Numbered from the stretch's first letter, positions 1 to 13,450 are shown. The stretch is DNA of 64,000 bases from Hydrolagus affinis (GCA_012026655.1 JAAILG010000270.1:1-64000), one strand, 5' to 3'. Made by a program: numbers and translations. Notes: generated by a model from the letters alone, not told the origin.

Positions 1-1007
1 CCACCCCCAGTCGTCTCTCTCCCCTCACCCCCTGCATACCTGTATATTGTATTCTAGGACTATGAATACAATATGGCGGCTTTGCACCTTGGTCTGTGCA
101 TTGTGTATAGAGATGAGCATTCTGGGTCTTGTAGTTCAGTGTGCGCGCATTCCAATTTTTTCCCTCTTTGATATATCGATATTTTTGAAATGCCTATATC
201 GGCGTATCGATATAAAAATTATATTGGGTTTTAGCGATATATCGATATATCGCCGGACCCTACTAAGTATACACACATACATTTTTACACAGAATCAATA
301 ATGTATTTTTATTAGTGTCATTTCTCTTCCCACCCCCACCCCACCCAGCAAAAAAAATGGAATAAAATATTCTTGCAATTTTCTCTGATTTCCTGTAATG
401 GTTATGATTTTGGTGTGTGAAATTTACCTTTCGGCATTGGGGATGGAGCTGCAAATAGAATGACCATGTTTTCAATAAATATCTACGTGCATTGTCCAGT
501 GTCCAGCGATATATCGATATATCGGTTATATCGATATAATTTTTCATATCAATATACCAATATCAGAAATTTGAATATATCGGTATATCGAAAAATTCGT
601 TATGAAAAAAAATATTGGTATATCCACAAAATATCAGTATATCGTCAATGAATGCCACGTTACAGCATACAGAAAATATACAACCAAAGGTTCAAATGCC
701 CATTACGCTCCCTTAAACTAACAAAAAACCATAGGTAGCATTTAACTAACCTTGTCGCCGGCATCGCAAACCTCCTGGGCGTAGAACACGCATATCTGAA
801 TGCACGCACATCCCCCTTCTTCCCTTCCCCCCACCACCAAACACAATCAGACATGCGCAGACCAGTCATTCCCCCTCCTCCCACTCCTCGCACTAATCAC
901 CATTTCCGCGCATAAGATAAAAACCCGGTGATATCGATATATCGGTATATTTCGATATAAGCCCACTGATATATCGATATCGGAAAATTTCCATATCGCG
1001 GACCCTA
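1..1007. mobile_element. Non-autonomous DNA transposon end(s), hAT-like, with (CG)ATATATCG subterminal repeats; left part lies outside the window
   Basis: Two similar termini in the same orientation: ...ATATCGCCGGACCCTA ending 262 and ...ATATCGCGGACCCTA ending 1007 (reverse complement TAGGGTCCG(G)CGATAT, resembling fish hAT MITE TIRs TAGGGCTGGGCGATAT). Dense ATATCG/CGATAT motifs at about 170-250, 505-645 and 928-998; CpG-rich relative to flanks. Confidence 0.65.
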
Positions 1008-2099
1008 TCATTGTCTTATCTATACATGAATATTCATATGTATGAATTTTCAAAATCAAACTACAACAGTTGGCAAACAAAGCGAGTGCACATTTATCAA
1101 AGAAAGTTTACTAATATGACAGAGTGGAGTAAATATATAGCAACAAAACTTTAGACCCGTGACAACAGACAAAACAATTAATCTGCGTCTTAAACTATTT
1201 AAAACAGTTGGTCATAATGACTAGCGCTATCATTATACTGCACTGATATTGTGGTTGCCCCAATGCCAAAGTAATCTATATCACATTGGTACAGGCCAGA
1301 AAGAGAGGCCACCAGAAGGTAGTGTTACTTTGCTTCACTGTATACCAGCTACAACATGACTGTGGGTGGAAAGATTTATAGGTTAATGATGAATTACTTT
1401 GTTCTCTCTGAAGAGCACTGTGCAAGGAGGGGGATTGCAACCCTTGTCATAACAGCACCAATTAAAAAAAGAATTACATGAGTACACGGCTACTCAATTT
1501 ATTGGCTTTGAATAATGGATGCAGTGGTAGCATTGGTTGATGTCTGTGCATCTGGACAGGTAATGTATTGAAGCATCTACATGATGTATATTTTGTACAT
1601 CTCTATGCATGCTACACATAACCTAGACATTCAACACAAATCATCAGAGTAAATCTGATCTCCCCAACTATGCTCCATTGGTTTGCGTTTGCTCAAAGTG
1701 TCCGCCCGGATGTCTGAAACCAGTCTGCGTTAAGTTTCTGATCTTGATAACCTTCTGTGTTAGAATGATGGCTATCTATCTCTATTGTCTGTAAGCCTTT
1801 CAATAGAACTGCTGTTATGTAGCTCACTCCATGGGTCACAATGGATTGTAAAGCAGCCACTGGGATATTTGAATTGTTCGATATAGCCCATTCAGATCAA
1901 AGAGTAATCCTTCACTAAACAGTATTCCAGTCTTTGATTTGTGGATTTTTATATGTATTTCACTATATACTAGATATCATCTTCCAGCATCTGTAATTTT
2001 GTCATGAGGGCTTGCCAATCAACATCTATACCTTCCCCCCACACTCTCTTACTCCATGTCTTTGTAATGACCGGCAATAGTTCTGTCTAGATTAACTAT

Positions 2100-2735
2100 G
2101 GTTGAATGTTAACAAGATCGAGGCCATCCAGAACTCTGTAGCCCGTGTCCTCTTCCGCACTAAGCTCTGTGACCCCATCCCAGGTAGCAAACCCATGTGG
2201 GGCCCATATGGGCATGGATCAACCCAAATTGGCCCATATGGGGCCCATATAGGCTTGCTACCTGGGATATCCCACATTCTCACCTGACACTATTGAGAAT
2301 CACCCAGAGAATTCAATTAAAAATCCTGGTCCTCGTCTTTAAAGCCCTCCATGTCCTTGCCCCACCCTACCTCCATGACATCCTAAACCCCTACCAACTT
2401 GCCACTCCTTCCACTCAGTGGGCTCCAGTCTGCTCAATGTCGCACAACCCACCCGCCCCACCATTGGCGGGTGAGTGTTCAGCCACTCTGCCCCTAACCT
2501 CTGGAATTCCATCCCTCAATCACTCCACCTTGCCACCTCCCTAGCCTCCTTCAAGTCCCACCTCAAGACCCTCCTCTTCGACGGTGCCATTGGTCACCCC
2601 CACCCCCTCCTTTCCCTCCACCCTCCCCGATACCGACCCCAGCTCGGGTCTGAAACATTCACTGTCCAGCTCCTTGCGATGTCCTCCTGACGTGAAAGGC
2701 GTTATACAAATGTAATTTTGTTGTTGCTGTTGTTA
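2100..2735 (+). mobile_element. L2 LINE 3' fragment (ORF2 C-terminus, 3' UTR, GTT tail), interrupted by a MITE
   Basis: Broken peptides IEAIQNSVARVLFRTK..., RIQLKILVLVFKALHVLAPPYL and FSHSAPNLWNSIPQSL...SFKSHLKTLLF match the L2 ORF2 C-terminal pattern; ends GTGAAAGGCGTTATACAAATGTAATTTTGTTGTTG. Confidence 0.9.
2179..2266. mobile_element. 88-bp palindromic MITE, CCCAG termini, 2-bp AT target duplication (CMC/EnSpm-like)
   Basis: Perfect 12-bp TIR CCCAGGTAGCAA / TTGCTACCTGGG, flanked by AT on both sides (2177-2178, 2267-2268); internal GGCCCATAT repeats; interrupts the L2 reading between DPI and SHIL. Confidence 0.85.
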
Positions 2736-4212
2736 ACTGCTAACAAGGTGAGTGCTACCTCTGCTGGTTAAATACCCAAGTATTGATCTTTCTTACCAAA
2801 CTTTCTGATTGGAGTTTAGTACAGTCTGCAGTGCTGTCAGCTGCAGTTTCTGTTGGTACAGAACGTGCTGCAGATGCTGAATAATTTTGACTTGTGGTCA
2901 AGTCAGAAGGCAACTGCGGAGAAAGGAAAATAGGATTTCACATTTAACATCTTACTGGAAAGACAGCAGGTCCAATAATAACTATCAGTTTATTGTTAAG
3001 TAAAAGGCATGTGAGTCAGAAGGATGTTTACTGAAAGAAATTCCCAGGTCCATAAGCATAAAGGCTTCTTTATAAACATAAACCTTTTTAAAAAAAAATT
3101 CAACATTATTTATAAAACTATATAGTTATCAAACTTTTTATTGGGCAATCTGTATTCTACAAATATCACGATGCTTAAAGTACATACATCTTCAATGATC
3201 ATGACATTGATTGAATATTCATAAATTTGTAATTTATCTCCTGTTCCTTCAACGTTTCACAGCCGGTTCTCTCCTCTCACCTTTGTATTGAAATCTATTA
3301 ATAATATATTATGCCTGGGAGTATTCTTAAGGTTGTGTTGTAAAACACCTGCTGTGATGCTTAATTTGTTGGCGCATACTATACACTATTTGCACTATTT
3401 ACTTTATAAAGGGCTGTGTTGAAACATTTTGCTATTCTTTTACTAATGGCATCCTGTTCAGGTAAACTTTGTGTTGTAGTTAGCTTACAAACAACAAACA
3501 GTGCTCCCTCCTGATTCTTTCCATTTTCTGTGCTACAATGAAGCACCACCGATTTCTCTGCAATAGGCAGGCACTCTTCTTTTTCTGAACGATCTAATCC
3601 TGCTCACACTAAGTACACCGAGTTTATATCTTTCCATTTCCCTGGAATGTTGGATGGATTTGTTCGTCTGAGACTAAATTCTGATGTTCCCTGTTCAAAT
3701 GTGTCATGTTGATTCAGCTGTACGAAATGCGTTTGCAGCTGGCTTTTTGAAGTAAGCTTTCACCCTCAGCTGTCATATCTTCATTCCTGGAGCCGATTAT
3801 TGTAGGTGTCTCCTGAAAATCTCGTATTGATTTATCTGTAGTTTCCATAGTCCAATTAAATTATCAGATGGGTGACTCGCCTGTTGTGGTGCACCACAGC
3901 TGCTTTGGTTAGCCACGCTGTATGTTCCTGAGCGAGTCACTTTTCTCCGTATCTACCTTCGTATAGAGACAAAGACAATCTTGACTGTCCTTTGTTCTGT
4001 CGGGTAGTCCTTATTTGCACATTATTCACCTTCCACAACGATAAGAGAATTTAACCTTTGTAAGTATTATAAGAAGCACCACTGATTACATTGCAACAAT
4101 TTCTAAACCCATCTTACTAAACACCTCTTTCAAATTAGTAGATGGCAATTATTTCCATTAACATAATGCATTTACCATATGTTGAGAACATATGTCATAG
4201 AAAACACAATTT

Positions 4213-4330
4213 ACAACAACAACAACAACAACAAATTACACTTATGCCTTTCATGTCGAGAGGACGTCCCAAGGCGCTGTATAGGAGGCGTGTGATCCGA
4301 GCTGGGAGGGGAGTGTTCAGGAAGGGGTGA
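4213..4330 (-). mobile_element. L2 3' tail fragment with (CAA)n
   Basis: CAACAACAA...GCCTTTCATGTCGAGAGGACGTCCCAAGGCGC is the reverse complement of the tail type seen at about 2680-2735. Confidence 0.8.
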
Positions 4331-4351
4331 AATTTAACGTCAACCTGTCAC

Positions 4352-4470
4352 ACTTGGTGGCACTCTTACTTCTGAGTCAGAAGGTTGTGGTGATTTGGAA
4401 TCAATATAGTTTGGGGGACACTACTCCAGTGCAGTGCTGAGGTGTGCTTCAGATGACATGGATGCATTCC
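4352..4470 (+). mobile_element. DeuSINE/SacSINE-like 5' fragment
   Basis: GGTGGCACTCTTACTTCTGAGTCAGAAGGTTGTGG...ACTCCAGTGCAGTGCTGAGG resembles the recalled tRNA head and early body of DeuSINEs; similar to the reverse complement of about 48900-49000. Confidence 0.6.
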
Positions 4471-4656
4471 TTTCGCAGATGTTGGAGCTCTTAATGGAAG
4501 TGTAGTTTGCTATCAATCTGGAAAGAGAGGTGAGGTGACCGATGGCACGGATGAAGAGGAAAGTCTTTAGCTTTAAGACATACTCTCGATGTGCAATGTG
4601 CAATATCAAGTGTAAGGATTCTTCTTATCATCAGTATACTGAGCATATTCACATAA

Positions 4657-4720
4657 AACAACAATGACAAAATTACACTTGTATAGTGCCTTTCACATCA
4701 GGAGGATGTCCCAAGGCGTT
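4657..4720 (-). mobile_element. L2 3' tail fragment
   Basis: AACAACAATGACAAAATTACACTTGTATAGTGCCTTTCACATCAGGAGGATGTCCCAAGGCG, same tail family. Confidence 0.8.
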
Positions 4721-6102
4721 AGTTAATAGGGTTGAAAACCTAATAACAGAAAGTAAATTTCATGCCAACGATAGTCCAAACTTGTATAATGTACATAAAT
4801 TGGATTGTACATGAGAAGAGAAAGTTAAAAAAGTTTTAAAGAAGCATTTAACTCTCCCTGAAACTTTCTCTGTTGCAGCACAAGCCATGATAGTCAGATT
4901 AGTGTTACATTGGATATAAGAGGCTCCGTTAGCATTAAATTAAAGCTATAAGAAAGTTGCATTATTCATCTACTCTCATTCATGTGCTGCTATAGTGCAT
5001 TCAATCAACAAAGTCCATTAAATCATGTTCATGTTCTTATTCTCATCTCCATCTTCATTATGGTGACATTGTACCTCAATATACTGTATATATTGTTCAG
5101 TACAGGTTTAAGCAAGCTACTTGGGGTGGGCATAGTGGGGGGGGTTGATACAAAGACCAGAATTTAAGTGATTTGTGGGCACACACTTGATTGACTGGCT
5201 AAATAGTTTGGTAAAGTTATGAATTTTAATGGTTTGTATTTTATTCTGGGTTAAATCTGATGCAAACGAAACTGCTTCAATCCCAGTAATAGAGCGACGT
5301 GGTGCCAGAAGACGATAAATATACTTGCCCATTCCATGTATGCAGAATACAAAAATAGGCATTAGCTTTTTAACGTTGTTGAGGGACCAGTCGTGGGACA
5401 GTACAGTACTTTCCACAGATTTTTTTTGCGTGAAAACATGCAAAGTGCCTTCTCGCCTGAATATCCAAAATACACTTGGTATAACAGTGTGCAACACTAG
5501 CGGGAGCACCTTCTATTGTTCTAAATCAGAACTGACACTGTTAACATAGAGAAATGTACATACTATAAACGTCTGCACAACGGATCAAAACATAGTGTAG
5601 AGCAACAGACCAGAAGAATATATAGCAGCATTATAGAATAGCTTACTACTACTGTACAACAGCATATGCAGCAGAGAGAAGGATTACGTGTACTATAGAA
5701 AAGTACATCTGCCATAGAAGATGAGAGTTAACCACTGGAGAAACTAAATTGGATACACTACCTGCAATACTTTTCATTTGATCATTATTGTTCTTTAAGC
5801 TCAGTGTTCTCATAAGTAATTATTCACTCTCTTTTATCATTCATCTTTCCACAGTACCAGTAAATAGGAAGCTCATTACTCTCTCTGACTCATCCCGATT
5901 ATATCCTTTTACACTTTAACTAACTATTTCCATCCACTTCGGGCAATTTTGTTAATTACCAGGCTCCCAAGGTACTTTCCCAAGATATTGTTGCAGTATT
6001 TTACTAGAACCATGGAATTTTCCAAAGTTTTTGTTAAACAATGTTTACCAATAGTCTACCAAGTCTCTCATGACCATGATATCTTCTCTTTTAACAAAAA
6101 CG

Positions 6103-6253
6103 TAAAATACTGCAGACTCTGGAAATCTGAAACAAAAACAGAATTCAATTCTGAAAAAGGGTTGTGGACCCGAAACGTTGACTCACTTTTCTTTTCTCCA
6201 AAGTTGCTGCCTGACCTGCTGAGTGTTCGTAGCGATTTCTGTTTTTGTTTCAT
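6103..6253 (+). mobile_element. Penelope-like pLTR remnant with inverted 5' segment and degenerate hammerhead motif
   Basis: 6146-6253 resembles 14215-14320; TGAAACAAAAACAGAA at about 6128-6143 is inverted to TTCTGTTTTTGTTTCA at about 6237-6252; core reads CTGAAAA-AGGGT-TGTGG-ACCC-GAAACGTT. Confidence 0.8.
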
Positions 6254-6660
6254 ATCTTCCCTTTTGTTTTGTTTTCTTTTGTTTGAACATGTGAATTCCT
6301 TATTCTTTCCCCTATCTCTTCATCCAACAACATCAATTTAAATTTATACAGTATTTGTTAATGTAAAACAAACTTTTTGAAGGCATTTACAAAATACTGT
6401 GTGACCGAATAAAACTGAAATGATCTATAAGAAAATATGTCAACTGAGTTGCATCACCAATGTCCCATATACAATGAGAGGAACAACTATTTCATCTGAT
6501 ATTAGGGATAAATTTGGATGTGGAATGCATATACATCAGGATAAACAGGAGAAAAACAGTGGGAGTGGGATTAATTCAGATCTTACTGAATTTCACAAAT
6601 GCATGTCTTAAAATTTAGTTGGTAAGTAACTTGCTCTCAGACCTCAACCAATGCTACTTT

Positions 6661-6760
6661 NNNNNNNNNNNNNNNNNNNNNNNNNNNNNNNNNNNNNNNN
6701 NNNNNNNNNNNNNNNNNNNNNNNNNNNNNNNNNNNNNNNNNNNNNNNNNNNNNNNNNNNN
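6661..6760. other. Assembly gap (100 N)
   Basis: Run of N. Confidence 1.
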
Positions 6761-7050
6761 GGGGAGATCTGTGTTCGAATCCAGGCAGGTCAGGGCGAAA
6801 CCTTGGGCAAGTTTCCTTACTCCACACGCCTAATAATAATCCCTCCAAAAAAAACCACAATAATAAAATTGGTCATTTCAATCCACGATTGTGTGTGGGA
6901 CACTGCTGTGCGCAATTGGCTGCCGCGATTCGCCCACAAATATATAGTCAATTCACTTTACAGTATATTCTGTGAAGCGCTTTGGAACGTTGATAAGATG
7001 TGGAAAGCGCTATATCAAATGCAAGGATTATTATTATAATTATTATATTA
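6761..7050 (+). mobile_element. tRNA-derived SINE (main family of the window), 5' end lost in the gap
   Basis: B-box GTTCGAATCC, GGGCAAGTTTCCTTACTCCAC, body TGTGGGACACTGCTGTGCGCAATTGGCTGCC, tail AAGCGCTATATCAAATGCAAGG(ATT)n; homologous to other copies listed. Confidence 0.9.
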
Positions 7051-9797
7051 TAATTGCATACTTAAGGATATCTGCATGTGCTTAAAAATTGTTAACCCAT
7101 GAGCTAATTATTAGCCCAACTCACATTTTAGACTCCATTGGCAACTCGAGGCTCAAAGACACTAATTTCTCCTGGAGAGGGAGTATAGGAATTGACCTTG
7201 CATCTAATTGTTGTGTTTGTGCATGTGTTAGCAGTCACAATTGAGGCACTGCATTAATCTGATTTGCAATATCATTAAATATCTCAGCAGAATCAAACCT
7301 TACACTATTCTGCTTCATATCTATAGTTCTACATACAAGCACAATATCAATCATCATTACCAAAATGAAGTGAGACTAACAATGCAAAATATGTGCTTAC
7401 AGCATTATACTAATAAAGTGTGTATCGCATTTCAAATCATCCTTTGTTATGATGTATAACAGGATACACTGTATAGTTAATCTTAAAAGCAGTTTTTTTT
7501 AAAAAATCTATCATTAAGGTTTCATCATGTGTGTAATGTATAATAGAGAACGAAAAATCCAGGTTACAGATGTTAGCAATATAGTTATTCCAACAGCATC
7601 ATATTTAGACCAAGGCTGGAGATTACGAATGTGCACTTCAAATTACAATGGTTCACAATTTAGAATGATTTTTCAGGAATAAAATAATATTGCAATTAGA
7701 GCTAAGAAATTCATGTATAATTTGGAAAGAACAATTGAGAGTCTGTGGTTTGTAACAGTTTAACAAAGGTAGCTGCACATGGTTAAAGGAAATGCTGAAC
7801 CGTTGGTCCGAAATAACATATGCTTTCTCTGGAAGCACTGCTCATGTCAATGAAATCCATTTTTCAGTACAGGGGCAAAGGTCTCTCTAATGACACTTCA
7901 TTATTACTTGATAGCTAATAAATAATAAAGAAATAAGAAGGTAGGAAGGTGAGAAGGCCATTTCCCTCATCTAGAGTGCCTTAGTTAAAGCCTTTGTTTA
8001 AGTCCAGAACTGACAACTTTCATCTCCCTTCTGCCTTGGTAGCAACCTTCCTTCCCTGCTTCCTGTTAAATAAGAAATACATCAATTTGCTTTATGACTC
8101 TTCATGCAAGTCAGCATTAACCATGCTTTAACAGCAGCACCTTAATCTATCAGTTAACAAATCATAGTGTCATATTTTACAACACCTTCAGAACACAACA
8201 CTGAAATATGAGAATGAATTCTAGTTTTGTAATTTAACAGATTAACTAATTAGTATCCTGATAATTATTTCACTCAATATAGATATATTTTGCAATAAAA
8301 TTATGTTTTCATGGAAACAGATATCTAAAAAGGTAATTCTTTAAATGAAGAAATAATTCCTTAAGTTGCGTTTTCACTTGCAGTTTCTTTAGCTACTGGA
8401 CTGCCTATCCCAGCAGTTTCAGCCGCTTGTTACATCTTTTGATGTAGATTCATGTTTATTCCCTTGGGGCAGATGCTACAAGAGGAAAACTATTCTTTAA
8501 AGCATTTCTCACAGATTCAGTATGGAGGACCCTTTGGGAATCTTCCTACTTGTTACAATGCCTATTCTAGGGACCAGGGGAACTCTTTTGAAGTTGTATT
8601 TTCCTGTGGTCCCACAAGATCTAACATGCAGATATTATGGGGCCAATGCAGTGCCCCTTGAATTTGTGCAAGATGGGAATAGTTTTCCAAAAGCTGTTCT
8701 CCAGTGGGTTTTGTGATATTGTCCTGCAATTTGCATGATCATTAATATTCACAATATGTGAGAATTAAACTGGCAATGGACCTTCAGAGGGGCTGGTTCC
8801 ATTGTTCTGTGTGACAGCACCCCATATGTAATCTTTCCCAGTGGATAAGCAGCATTCAATTCAGAAATACAGATTCAGGCTATCATTGGTTACATCCTTA
8901 TCATACCCTATTATGCGGGCTCAGACATCAAAGAAGCTGATAAAAACAAAGGAAGATTGGTGGATGCTGATTCTAACATGAACATAGGTTAAACAAAGGG
9001 AAACTGCACGACGAGGTGTCGAAAGTTGAAAAAATGTTTTAAAAAAATGCTCCTGTATATTTTGTACAAAGAGGTGAGAAAAAATTACAACAAAAATAAT
9101 CACACATGAGAAGAAATTAAGGGATGAATTCAAATTGGGTTTATTCAGAATCTAATGTAAGAAATTTATAAAGCTTTTCATTTGATTTGTATTGCCACTG
9201 TGCCATCCCAATTCTGTGGTCTGTTCCTTCACCTGGAATATGGCATTTTCTGAGCTCTGGGCATTACAATCAGTAATGATGATATCAATTGGCAGCTGAT
9301 ATATTTCATGTTTCAGATGACATGATCTTCCTATCAAGTCCTTCTCCTGGGAAGCCCTCCAGTTTGGGTTCCAAATACTAATGAAACTTGCTGGTAGAGC
9401 ATAGCCAGTCAATTAAGGTTGAGTTTATTCTGAGAATCCAATATTAGAACTACCAGAGTACAACCTTCTAGCTCAGAAGCAAGATGGCTATCAACTGAGC
9501 CAGTTTGAAACCTATTCATGTAAAAAATTAGTCACTGATGGCATATGTGTAATACATATATATTCAATACAACTCTGTATATGCGTGAATAGGAAATGGT
9601 TTGATATTTTGCATTGCATTATTATTAGCATATTATGATTTAACTTTATCAGTGAATAAATCAATAAGTTATTGATTGTAGCTTGTTATTTCTATAAACT
9701 ATATTCAGATATTTGGGTAGGTTAAAATGCTCTGGCATCTATCAAAGAGGTCTATTTAATCTATCGAGGTTTAGTTGCATTCAACATTTGTTTTTAT

Positions 9798-9861
9798 AGC
9801 GCCTTGGGACATTCTCCTGACATGAAAGGCACTATACAAGTCTAATTTTGTTGTTATTGTA
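9798..9861 (+). mobile_element. L2 3' tail fragment
   Basis: AGCGCCTTGGGACATTCTCCTGACATGAAAGGCACTATACAAGTCTAATTTTGTTGTT. Confidence 0.8.
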
Positions 9862-12300
9862 CCATCCAACAATTTTTTCCCCGTCATTAAGGGGAAACTA
9901 AATGTTTTAAAAACCTAATTTGTGCTGCACTCACGACAGTATTAAACAAAGCACAAGTTAGAGATGAAGTAAAGGGATAAAGAAAAGTAGAAAGAGAGAA
10001 TGGGACAACAAAAATGAGAAAAAAAGAATTGGATCTACTATAGTCTCTGGGTTAATGGAGTATTGCCCTATATTTTAATGCAAAGCTTATTTGCTTGTGA
10101 TACACATGTACCTGAAAATTAAATAAAATTGGTGAGATAAGTTAAATATTTGAATGAGGTGACTTTGACACACTTATTTATAATAGTATTATACAACACT
10201 ATATAATTACATTTAACATGAAAATAGCTGTAACATGTAAAAATGGAATGAAATAGATACGCTTGAAAACTAACTATCATTTCTTAATTTATACATTTAC
10301 ATATTTGTATGTTATGTCCCATTGTCTTCACTGAATTTCTATGGTCTTATTTAATTGAGGGACAATGGAAAAATATTGAAAGTGTGTTTGGCATTGTGAC
10401 ACTAATGGAGAATATTATATATGCAAATAATATGTATCCACACTGATCATTAATCTGAACTTTATCTGACAAAATTCAAATTAATCGAATTTTTATGGCA
10501 AGCAGAAAACAGCTATAAAGTTATTGGAATTTCCTCTGCTGTCTACAACTACTGGAGTGCAGTATCATAATAAAGTAATATACATATATTACTGTATTAT
10601 AATAAAGAAATATATTAATATGCTGCATTGGAAATCAGTTCAAAAACATATACAGGTACAATGATTTACTTTGCATTTTTCAGGAGTGCTTTTCTGATCT
10701 GACCACATAACCAAATAAAATTAATATTTCCCAAGTAGCTTAGATGTATGATGTCTTGTTCTATTCAAAGAATTCTGTTTGAGAACATAATTTAATATTT
10801 CACCCCACATTTAGTGTACTTCTAATGCTTTTTTATGGTTGTAATTTAGTTTCCAGTTGTCTAAAGTGGTATTTACCATTAATTTTCTATTATTATAAAA
10901 GGTGATCTGTGTTTTGTGGGCCTAATTATTTATTTACATCTTTGAGTGGCTATTTTTAAAGTTGTGCTTAATGGAATATAAACATTCAGATTCATTTATT
11001 CTGACATTAACTACAATCAATCTGAAGAACCTCACATGTTAGTGTGTCTTCAATGAACATTGTAATTCAACCTGAATTTTTTTTAATGGAATTGACTATC
11101 AGCCCATGCCTCTTGAGCAGTTATAGTCTAAATCTACATGTAAAATCACTTGTCCAAGTCATCAGAATATGCCTAGAGACTTTTTAGTGCTCAAACTACT
11201 GAGTCTTGTGGGATATACCTTGACTGTGCATTTTGCACGTTGAAACAGTGACCTGTTTTATTTTTTAAAAAAAGAACATTTTGGCAAGTCTCCTTTGTGA
11301 AAATAACAAAATGTGTTTGTCATTACTGTGAAAAAAAAGGTTGTTCTTCAAATTGAAATTAAGCTTTGTTTCAAGAGAGATTCAATATCTTTTCTGGAAA
11401 ATCATCTTAGATATGTTTAAGTTTATGCAATATTTCATTTTGAACAGAGAAATACATTTTTCTGCACACTAAAGCTCCCAAATCTTTAGATGTACAACTG
11501 GCAATCTATGTACACTCAAATGTTCCATTTATCAAATAAACTGGAAATAATCATTTAATAATTACTGGTATTAGAACTAAATTGTGTAATTTGGAAACAA
11601 TAAACACTAGCCATCCACGACAAAATGAAGGTCAGTTAGCCTTAATGGGAAAGCTAGATTGTGTTTTATCCCATGTATTGCCCTTTGAAAACTGAGTATT
11701 CTTTTCAGTTTTCATAGTGCGCCAACGTCTTCCTTAAAGGCTGTGAATCTCTGCAGAAAGGGTGGGAGTCAGTGCAATTATGACAATATGTTAGAACTGC
11801 CCTAGCTGTTACCATAGTGATGAAGGAGGGGTAGTTTGATAAATCAAAGAGCATGGCAGAAATGCAAAACCCTTTATAACACACTTTTGAAACACTGGAA
11901 ATCCATCCTTATTGCGAGGATTTAGTGGATTCACATTTCTTGATGCAGTAATATCCTACTAGTTTGCAAAGGTTTATGTATCACATTTATTTTTAACATT
12001 GTATCATTGCCAATTTGTAGATAATAACCATATATCCAATTACTTACATATCTTTCTTCCCAAATTCATTCTGTCACCCCTTAGATATAACCATGCAAAG
12101 AGCCCTCATTAATTGATGGCAGTAGGGCAATTGGTTTCAGTAAAACAGACCATTAGGCAATGAAATAGACTAAGATTCACTAACGTAATGTTGGAGGGCA
12201 CATTTTGGACTTACTAAAACATGTGAAAAATATTTATACTTCATAAATAGACAATAAAATTTCACAGGGGTATGGTTTGAACCAATCTACAATCTGAGTG

Positions 12301-12430
12301 ATAATAATAATAAGCTTTGCATTTCATATAGCGCCTTATCTTGTCTTTGAGACATCTCAAAACGTTCGCAGAATATACTGTAAAGTAAATTGACTGTATA
12401 CTTTGTGGGCGTAATGTTGTTGTTGTAATG
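12301..12430 (-). mobile_element. SINE 3' fragment (main family)
   Basis: (AAT)n...TTGCATTTCATATAGCGC...CAGAATATACTGTAAAGTAAATTGACTGTATACTTTGTGGGCG. Confidence 0.85.
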
Positions 12431-12654
12431 CATAGATTGAATGTCATTATTGGAGCAATATTGCAACTTTTGGGTTAAAATAATGGTCAATATTTCAATT
12501 AGCACGCTGTTGAGGATCCAAAAGATCAGATGAAAATGGAAAAATAATCCTCAAGTTAGAAGTTGTAGAAAATCTTCAGAGAACTCCTTAATGGTTAGAT
12601 CATCAACCAATATCACGACACAGGTTAGAATCCATTAAAAAAAATAAAAAAAAT

Positions 12655-12802
12655 AAAGAAAATTATATCTGTATAGCACCTTTCACATCGAGAGGATGTC
12701 CAAAGGTGCTGGACCGTCAATGTTTTGGACCCGAGCTGGGGATTGGGATCATGGTGGATGGAGAGCAGTGGGGAAGGGAGGATGAGCAAAGGCATGTTGA
12801 AC
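12655..12802 (-). mobile_element. L2 3' end fragment
   Basis: TATAGCACCTTTCACATCGAGAGGATGTCCAAAGGTGCT followed by a purine-rich antisense 3' UTR and AAAGGCATGTTGAA. Confidence 0.75.
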
Positions 12803-13299
12803 AACTATTGCATCGTTGCTGTCACTTGGCTGCACAGATTTAGTTGTCTCTCATCTGTTCCTTATTCCTGAAGATGTGATCATAGTTTGCTAGGTATTCC
12901 CTCTCAAGTTTGCCCCATAGGAAATACAGTTCAATTAGATAAGAAAAACATACTTTGATTTTTTTTTTAAACTAGAATTTCATACATCTCGTACCCATAC
13001 TGATTTGACATTTCTATCATATTCTATGGACATGAAATCAATGTAGAAATATTATTAAAAATTGCATTTGAATTTTTCAATAATTTGAGGACCAGGAAAC
13101 ATGAATATGGAGAAACTCATTTACAGAACATTGTGATAAGATTCATAAGAACTCTTTTCAAGCCCAAATTCTCTGTTAACTTCAATTCCAATAAGAGCAA
13201 GCTGATAGCGTGGACTCACACTCAGAAGGAGGAAAACAGCCTAAGGCTACAGGAAATTGTGACTTTCCAGTTCTTGATATAATACCTGCAAATGTTTTT

Positions 13300-13450
13300 C
13301 TGTTAAAGGGGCAAACGTGTGAGACAGTTGTTGTCATTCTAGTTTGGAGCTAAGGCAGGGCAGTGGGATTGAATAAACACCATGCGGTGAGTGCAAGTGC
13401 AAATTTGAATGACCAAATGGCTTCTTTTAACCCAAATCCTTTTACAGTAC
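13300..13450 (+). mobile_element. CR1 LINE 3' tail fragment
   Basis: GGCAGGGCAGTGGGATTGAATAAACACC...GACCAAATGGCTTCTT resembles the CR1 3' end at 14880-14980. Confidence 0.55.

Noticed and set aside
170-1000. CRISPR-like or regular tandem array of ATATCGAT
   Set aside because: Spacing is irregular, units are short, context is vertebrate; better explained as transposon subterminal repeats.
3560-3850. Degraded coding-like minus-strand stretch (METTDKSIRDFQETP...)
   Set aside because: Stop after 44 codons and no recognisable homology.
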